From NCBI GenBank assembly GCA_040954595.2, contig CM082580.2, positions 14,584,389 to 14,648,388 on the forward strand: 64,000 nt of DNA, in the 5' to 3' direction. The notes beneath the pieces are model-generated. The model was given only the letters and a program-made list of their open reading frames with translations, made no database searches and was not told where the DNA came from. Numbering within the stretch: the first letter of the stretch is position 1; the number at the start of each line of letters is the position of its first letter. This document shows positions 59,120-64,000 of this stretch, piece by piece. Source of the stretch: Balanoglossus misakiensis (Eukaryota > Animalia > Hemichordata). A program made the position numbers and the translations under genes.

Positions 59120-62100
59120 TATTCTATCAGAGAACGCAAATGGCGAATATGAGTCTAGTTTCAATAGACCTAGATAGATAGATTGCTAGTAGATAGATGA
59201 TGCAAATACTTGAAATAACAATACATATATGTAAAAATGCGATAATAGGCCTAAATAAAATAGTATTTAGTTTAATGGAGCCTAAAGGCGTAAAGGTGAA
59301 TTAAGATACTATATGATCAGGGTAAATCACAAATTTTCAATGGCTGCAGATTGAATGCAAAAATAACTGTTTTTAAAAAGGTCCGTGTGCGTCAGACAGT
59401 GCAAACAAAAGAATTCCCTGAATTCGTCCCAGCTACTTAATATTTAACTAGTCTTCGGAATGAGCTGGAAACACTCGGACGGGAAGTTCTTTCAGACTAC
59501 AGGAACTTTACTTATAAATTATGGATGCTGAAGTATCATTCCAGGACAATAAAGCTCCAACGGGGCCTTTGTTCTCATGAACTCCCATCGTTCACAGCTA
59601 CAAGATTTTACAAAGCGTCGCGTTACATTCACCTGGCATCCAAATTGAAGTCGACTCTCATAAACTGGCACAAACAGGTGTTAATAAACGTTTACTTCAC
59701 ACGTACGTACACAAGCACTCGGATGCATGGACGGAACAGTTTCCTCTTTACTTTTATAGAATCCTAAAATGAATTGATCACAAGACATCCGTTGAAGTAC
59801 ATTTCCTATCGGAGCTCATGAATTGTTTAAAAGATTCGTCGGTAGTTTGAGAGTCGAAACGTTGTCTTCCCTTTCAGTAGAGTAGTTAGAAAATTATATT
59901 CAGACCGAATAATCAAAGTTCTTCCTCTGGTATTCAACGAACGAGAGAGAACCTTCCTGCATTTAATTGCACAGCCAAAGCACATGTCGGGAAGTAATAT
60001 TTGATCAAGTCGAGTTAGAGGTCGTCGCATATCCGCTTTATCGCAAAAACCTGACAAATTATAGTCATGCTGAAGTCTATACATCTTCTGTTTTACGTCC
60101 AATTGATATTTTAAAGACACAGTTTGATTGGTCGGTCGGACAACATTAATTACCGTTAAATGTTGAGATCGCTATACTGATTCTTATCAACACCACTACT
60201 TTTCTCTTATGAAATATAGGCCTATATCTTGTAGTATTTGACACAAGTCTATAGTTCACTCGGTTGAGGAAAATAGCTGAAACATAGATTTTCCAGTAAA
60301 CAGACGTGTCATGGCAGCCATATGAGAAATGAAGACTTTAAAACGAAAATGACTCACAAGAGGTCCTATCTGTATTCATAACATATATGCCACTAATGAA
60401 GGTATCTCACTAAGCTTTCGTGGATAATGTATATGCTCCCTTGTGGCTTTTAAAATTATCTTACTCGACTATGCATCTAAAAAATGCGATCGTTGCCCAT
60501 TGGATACTTTTCACTCCTAGAAATATAGTTTTAGCGCCGTTTGTCCATTAAACGCCTAACTTTAGCGTAGTGGGTAAACCAAGCATCAAAGGAGCCCCCT
60601 CACCCACACTATGTCCCACCAATTAGCTCACCAACACCACAAAACAAGCTCTACTCCACCGACGTAAATTTTATGAGATCTTATGTCCATTTTCACTTCG
60701 TTTCACCATGACATCTGTACATCATGACTTACTTTATCACGCCTTTCACTTTTAGCTTAGCAATTTTGTTCACGTTTGTTTCAAACGCCCTCTATATTTA
60801 CACCGGTTTAACTTCAAATTGATACATTCGACAATATAATGCAGCGTACGTTTTTCATGAAAGCAAGAGGGCGAACACCCAGTTTTCTTCTTTGCTTTAA
60901 AAAAAACACCCTTCATAGTGCACGCTTTACTAAAGCAAATATTGAAAGGCATGGTAGACTATCATTTTCCTCAAAATCTGTCGCCGGGGCGCATACACAA
61001 GTTATCGTTCAAAACACGCGTACGGGAATGAATAATTTCTTATTTCTTGAGAAAAGGGACCGGTCATTTTTCGCCCGTGTTCCATAAGCGTAAAACTAGC
61101 GCTCTCTGTCGCGGCGTGACTGGTTTTTGAATTAAATTAGTCATTCGTATTTATTGCTAAGGTTTGATATAATATCAAGAAAATTTATCACGTTGACCCA
61201 TAATGTATGTATTTGAGTCTTCGAATAAGTATATTGACTGTCATGAAAATACGGCCTGTGTTAGTTTTATTGTAATTTAGCATAGTGAAGACCCGGGATT
61301 GAGAAAACAGAGACATTACACAGGACATGGCACAAAAGAAGCAGCTATTACATGTATTAAGCGTTTACTAAGAAAGCAATCGGAGTAGGCCTTGTTTTCA
61401 ATATTCAACATTACTTTTTAGTCAAATTTTATGTCCAGATGAGCTGTTTTCAGTTGTGTGACATGACGAGATCTACGGCGCCAATAGTCGTTCATAAAAC
61501 TATCTTAAAAAGTTGTCAATGGGAATTGAAGAATTAAATACATAATTTCTACTCTTGCACATGTTTTCCCGAAAGGAAAAACGAATATCGTACTGCGAAA
61601 ATTGAAATATTGGAACCAAGACACAATTTGAAAATGGACAATTTACAAAGATTTTCAGGTGCTGTAGTTGTGTCAGAGCATCTGCAGCGATGTCTGTCAA
61701 GACTTCTCATCGAGAAAACAGGAATAATATTTACACTAAAAAAATTGTAGGCAAACACTCCCAAAATCTCGGTGACGCATGATAATTAATGCATAAACTT
61801 ACCAAGAATATAAGGATTGTAGAACAGCTATTCCGTCTGATTCCTATCGATCAGAGTTTCTCCTGGGTCAGTGAGAGTGGAGTACAAATTACCAACAGCA
61901 GACGATGCACCCTCTCTTAAGTCAAGTCGTCAAGCGACACGAAAGAGATGGCAACAAGCATACGTCAAAAGAATATCGACCAATCAGGTTGCGGGGCTGG
62001 ACGAGAAATGAAGATGACCAAACGAACCTGTCAGCATAATCAGCTCATGCATGGGTAAGACGAATCAGCGCCAGTAATGGATCGGTCGTTCTTTAGAGAA

Positions 62101-62475
62101 TAGATCACATTATAGCGCCAGTTGAGACTAAGCACACACAGGGCATGGTTTAACGCCATGGGAATAAAAAATATCGTTACACCTGCGTTCACTTTCTGAA
62201 CTGACCCCCCTCCATTGTAAACTTTACTCATCTTGACCTTATCTTGAGTGATCCGTAGGCATGATGACACTGGTGCGACGAGCTGGGCTGCGGCGTTAGA
62301 GGGCCTGGACAAATTTAATTGCTGCACGTGCTTTTCAAAATCTGAATTCATAAATAATGACCGAACATTTGCACAAAAATTAGTCGACTCCCCTTCAGTT
62401 CGTGCAAGAAAAAGGTAACCCATGCGTCTCCATTGTACATACAGATATTCCAATAGCGAAGTAACGTTTTGATTA

Positions 62476-62493
62476 TGGTGGTGGTGGTGGTGG

Positions 62494-62568
<75 letters not shown>
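62476..62568. repeat. Compound (TGG)n(TGA)n microsatellite
   Basis: Directly visible; it produces the poly-His run in ORF 62040-62681. Confidence 0.97.
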
Positions 62569-62570
<2 letters not shown>

Positions 62571-62952
62571 GAATATTACTTTATGTACTGAGTTACTAGG
62601 TAACAAATGTCTAGCCACTGAGAACAGGCATCCACCGAACGGTGAACATGCAGTCAAACAATGGCCGTAGTTCATTTTCAAAATGATGTAGAGAGCAGTG
62701 ACTATAATATAACCTTAGAATGTCAAATGTGATGTTATTTTTGAATTTTCACCATTCAATTGTAGTTGAGGCGATGGCTGCGACATGCGGTTATTCAAAT
62801 TCATCGTTCATGTTTTAATGTCCTCTGAAATACCAAGGCCATGTCGGAAAAAAAAGTGCTGCCAACTTTAAGAGACGATACTCAGACGGGGAACATACCC
62901 CTATATTTTAATTTCTTAAGAAAAACAATTATAGAACAGTCTGTTGTCGTCT

Positions 62953-63054
62953 TAGTCTCGGTTACCCAGACGCCTTTGCTCTTCCGATGCTCTCCCTCCT
63001 CAGCTTTTCTGGAGAGCATCGGAAGAAGCAAAGGCGTCTGGGTAACCGAGACTA
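62953..63054. mobile_element. 102-bp fold-back micro-MITE, Mutator-like (9-bp TSD)
   Basis: ~43-bp arms TAGTCTCGGTTACCCAGACGCCTTTGCT.. / ..AGCAAAGGCGTCTGGGTAACCGAGACTA. TSD TTGTCGTCT at 62944-62952 and 63055-63063. Confidence 0.88.
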
Positions 63055-63139
63055 TTGTCGTCTAGGATGTTCTTACCAAATCATATTCCGAACTACGCAG
63101 AAGCGGCTTGAGCACAGTGCATCATGGGATAGTAATCTT

Positions 63140-63318
63140 GCTCTCGAGTCTCGATCTCTGCGAGGTTGTGACGTCACTGGGCTTGCGCAGACTGGAGCAA
63201 CACAGTAACCAATTACAACAGTTTGTGTGTGTCACGTCAGTCGTGTAGGAGGCTCCTCCGTGAAAAGCTCTCCGTGAACAGGAATCCCGTGTTTTGGACA
63301 AAACCTCGTCAGGTAAGT
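63140..63318 (+). promoter_or_regulatory. Putative promoter and non-coding first exon of a gene continuing beyond the window
   Basis: CpG-rich stretch with a full CRE TGACGTCA (63169-63176), CCAAT (~63209), CACGTCA, then a perfect donor CAG|GTAAGT at 63312/63313. No coding sequence seen. Confidence 0.35.
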
Positions 63319-64000
63319 GTAACACGCGATATTTACTAACCTTTCTCGATACCAGTCTCCAAATAGACATTGTTGATTTGTTGCCCGTCGCGATCGCACG
63401 CTTAATTTCCGTTGTGGCACGGTTACTAGAAGAGTAACCGTGGTTGTGGGTTTCATTTCAGGGTTTCGTTTACTCTTACAGTGCGCAGCGGTAAGGCTCC
63501 CTTTAAATCACCCAACCCGTAGGGTTCTGTGACGCCAAACATATGCAGCTGTTTGCCGAGCGTGTTATGGTTTCTTAGAAATCGAGTTCTCTGGGAAATG
63601 TGTTGGTCACACTCACAGTTGGCTGGTGGCAAAATATTATCTGAGTGACATGCACTTGGTTTGTACATGGTCAAGAATGAACCCACCACAAGCAAGGTGC
63701 ACCAACCCGAAAGCATAAACGTTTCCTGATAATATTTGGGCGGTGCGGTAACCTGAATTTATATCAGGCACAACCACAGTGGTTGTAATCTTTCCAGCTG
63801 GTCGCAGGAATAGATCATTTCGTAGAATACATGTATATGTTAGTTGATTGTCGGCGCATACATTCGCGTGAACTAACCTCTGAACTTTATTCCCCTTATT
63901 ATGTCTGCCACGTAGTGCTACAAGTGTTTCGTATGTCCCATTAATTCTGTAAGCATCTTCAGTGCCACGTCTCCATTCTCAGAGGTCTGCCATAATCAAG

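Noticed and set aside
62040-62681. 213-aa ORF with a long poly-His run
   Set aside because: The His run is the (TGA)n/(TGG)n microsatellite read on the minus strand; the rest has no recognisable domain or exon structure.

Overview
Intron-rich, AT-rich animal genomic DNA, probably from an invertebrate deuterostome. An ambulacrarian, possibly a hemichordate, is inferred from an ST8Sia sialyltransferase and an echinoderm/hemichordate-style MCH peptide. I spliced eight protein-coding genes by hand, checking splice sites and exon phases: PCYOX1-like (-), KIAA2013 (+), an intronless ST8SIA (+), GXYLT (+), KAT2/GCN5-PCAF (-), METTL5 (+), PRPF40 (+), and a small secreted precursor (-) that the ORF track shows only in fragments. 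That precursor ends in a cyclic melanin-concentrating-hormone-type peptide (KR-ARRVLQVCIDWRTKSWKWCYV). The non-coding features are a tRNA-Thr(AGT), three paralogous box H/ACA snoRNAs in KAT2 introns whose 3' pocket fits a conserved 18S rRNA uridine, and many tiny non-autonomous DNA transposons with readable target-site duplications (P-like, Mutator-like, Harbinger-like, piggyBac-like), including a 32-bp element nested in another MITE. No database searches were run; family assignments rest on motifs recalled from known proteins and RNAs.
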